DNA of 64,000 nucleotides from Iphione sp. A-MEVVRFRX5 (lineage: Eukaryota), in NCBI GenBank assembly GCA_976226885.1, contig OZ320315.1:84320001-84384000 (forward strand), in the 5' to 3' direction. The notes below the pieces were generated by a model, which was given only the letters and a program-made list of their open reading frames with translations, ran no database searches and was not told where the DNA came from. Positions 61,498-64,000 of the stretch are shown here, one piece after another. The position numbers and the translations under genes were made by a program. Numbering within the stretch: the stretch's first letter is position 1; each line of letters begins with the position of its first letter.

Positions 61498-61511
61498 GTT
61501 GTCATGGTAGC
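61498..61511. promoter_or_regulatory. X-box-like GTTGTCATGGTAGC
   Basis: One mismatch from the strict pattern GTYRYCATGRYRAC. Confidence 0.4.
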
Positions 61512-64000
61512 CACAAGACCTCCCGCATGTCTTCCTGTTGCTGACTGGCTCCATAATTGCTTATAATCCCTCATCAATACCTTTGGCGAAGGCTCAGGAT
61601 TAGGTGTACAGCTGTTTCGTTCACATTGGTTTCAGAGCGATAAGTCAAAATTTGCAAAGCCAAACTGTTCATAACAATAATCTTGGTCTGTGATGCAAGT
61701 TTCATAAGGGACGATTACTACCAGAACACCCATTTGTATATTTGCTCTTGGTTCGTCGTTTACTTCGGAATATTCACACAGCTATATTTCAGACACTGTC
61801 TTTGAAACAAGAATATTGCTTTAGGCTAATAAAACTGACTTTTCCGCATTAAGTCTGCCTATGTTGTGAATTTGGTCTTAATCCGTCATCGGAACGATGC
61901 CCACCTGTCCGGACCACATCGCCAGATGCCTAGCTAGGAAATCCCCTCCTATAAAACCCATCCAGACGCTTGTCCTTACGTCATTTTTACACCTCTTAGG
62001 TGTGAGCAGGTAAACCCCCGCCACGTGTCATTCAACCGTGTGATGCTGCTTTCCAACTTGAAGCCAATGATGTGTTTTCCTAACCAACGGCCGGACGACA
62101 AAGACCCCCAACATCGCCCACGTGCCATTGTTTGTCCAAATGTATGCGTGCAGCCCGCGCATGCGTGGGCCATCAGCGCCGGAAGGCAGCGACACAAAGA
62201 AGCAGAACACTAGCCAGGCACTGCAGGGGGTATTGTTATGGAGAGCCCAACAATTAAGCAATCTCCACCTACTCATTTAAAGCCCTCTGCTCGGACCATT
62301 GTCCACGCAGTGAGAGTCGGTTTTCAGCGGAACCAGGAGGCGGGATTCCTCTAACTCTCCTGTGTGTCTCACGACAACTCTGACCCCACGAGGAGCTAGT
62401 TTTATTGGTCATAATTGAAATGTTAGAGTCCCGCTGATTAGATTAGTTTGGGAAGCCATTAGCATGCTGGCGTATCAATTGCCATCTGACGTTTGATTTA
62501 TGGAAGAGATTCGTTTCCTGAGGCGAAATGTAAAAATGTAAGCTGTTATTCGGGACAGTATTTTGGGGGGATATTTGCGTATAACTCAAATGCTTTTCAG
62601 TAAAGTCACTAGAACTTTCTCATTGTAGATCTTTATTACATAAGTCAGTTATATTTAAAAGATCAAGAATGTGTGAGTTAATTTTTCTAGACAGTGAATC
62701 ACAAACATGATGTTACTGCCAGTTATCAGTCTACGCATGGACATTCTGTCTCCAAGAGCAGAATGCATAGTGCACTTATTGGTACGGCCTGATAAAGTAT
62801 CACTTGCAATGTGTCTGAACGATACATTCGATTTAACTTGTAGAACGTAACGAATTGCATTTGCTATTACTAAACAGGTCTGAATTTCGGAGAAATATGT
62901 CTGACTTAAAGATCAATTCAATAGACTACAGACAACGTCTTGGCTCAAGACCGGTACAGTGTGGTACATATGAGCACGCTTGTTTGAGAAAGAACCGTGA
63001 TGACTAAATCGCATGTGACATACTGTGGCTGTCAGGTTACTGAAATACATGCCAGAAGGCAAATCCAGCCAGACAGGAAGACGCCTGCACATGTCCAAAA
63101 CGAAATCTACAACCGTCGACTGAACGAGTGTAGAAGGCACATTGCCTAGTGGAAAATGTCTCAAATAGATATCTGTTACATACAAGTTGTTCTATTTAGG
63201 GTATAATATGCCTCTTTCAACAATCAGATGATGACAATAATGGAGCACATTTGTTGCGAGGGAATAAATGACTGAAGCAATTGACATGACATTAGCTATC
63301 CAGAGCCAACAATTAATAATTCAGTCTAATTAACAATTAGGATCAATCATAATTAGCGCAAGATGGCAACATCGAGATGTAGGCAGAATCTTACACTCGA
63401 GGTTGTCAATATATATAACCATTTAGCGGTCCGGGCATTGGACTGTACACGTGTCATTCACCATTATACTGGAAACGCTCAACAATGATGGAACATCCAA
63501 GAGGGTCTCTGGAACCCAAACTCGCTCTTATTTTCAAAGAACCTGCAAGGACTTTACATGGGGTGTGCGTACAACACCAACAAGAGTATGCATATACCCA
63601 CAAAGGAACCATTATTTCAGTTGCATATATGTATCTCAGATATTTGCACAGTAACTGAGCACAGTTACTCCATGGGAATTACAGATTATTGGTGACTCCT
63701 CATGAAACCTAATGCTAAAGCAAGCATTTAAGAACACTGATCATGTTTAGTCTTTCCAATTCAAACTAATACCACTATCCCAGCAACCAAGAAACCTTGT
63801 TTAGGGAATTCTCAGATGTGTTCTTGCGAGTACTAACCACTGGAGTACGGGATGCCCTGAGGGTCATGGGCCAAGGAGATAGACCTCGTGAGGGAAGGAA
63901 GTGAAAGTGGGGCTGGGGTTGCACACATTCCATTGCCTTTGGGTGAACCCGGTTCATCTCGATCCTCCTATACCCATCCCCCCAATCCTGCCATCCCCTC

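Noticed and set aside
1-64000. Naming the host gene (e.g. an RFX factor or a PDE4-type gene) from its regulatory architecture
   Set aside because: No coding exon with a recognisable domain is in the window, so any gene symbol would be a guess.
1-64000. CACGTG E-box enrichment; tRNA, rRNA or CRISPR features
   Set aside because: About 20 CACGTG copies is close to chance expectation (about 16). No tRNA, rRNA or repeat-spacer structure was seen.

Overview
This is eukaryotic (metazoan) genomic DNA of moderate GC with CpG retained. It is almost entirely non-coding. The base composition and the strongly over-represented TACATGTA palindrome resemble an invertebrate deuterostome such as amphioxus; that is inference, not proof. 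None of the six-frame ORFs resembles a protein family I recognise, and I found no rRNA, tRNA, CRISPR array or intact transposase. The window reads best as the 5' regulatory and giant-intron region of a large minus-strand gene whose main coding exons probably lie left of position 1. It contains many CpG-rich promoter-like islands, each ending in a minus-strand splice donor. The most notable signal is two near-identical candidate recursive splice sites on the minus strand, 50 kb apart (52802 and 2756). Each is a polypyrimidine tract plus TTTCAG|GTGAGT, followed 45-56 nt later by a second strong donor, which is the RS-exon architecture. Other signals: a dense set of RFX X-box palindromes, several ATG-bearing candidate first exons ending in phase 1, a 629-bp PIF/Harbinger-type MITE with a TAA TSD and internal octamer repeats, homotypic CAGGTG and CRE clusters, a probable degenerate LINE 3' tail, and microsatellites. 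The host gene cannot be named from this window.
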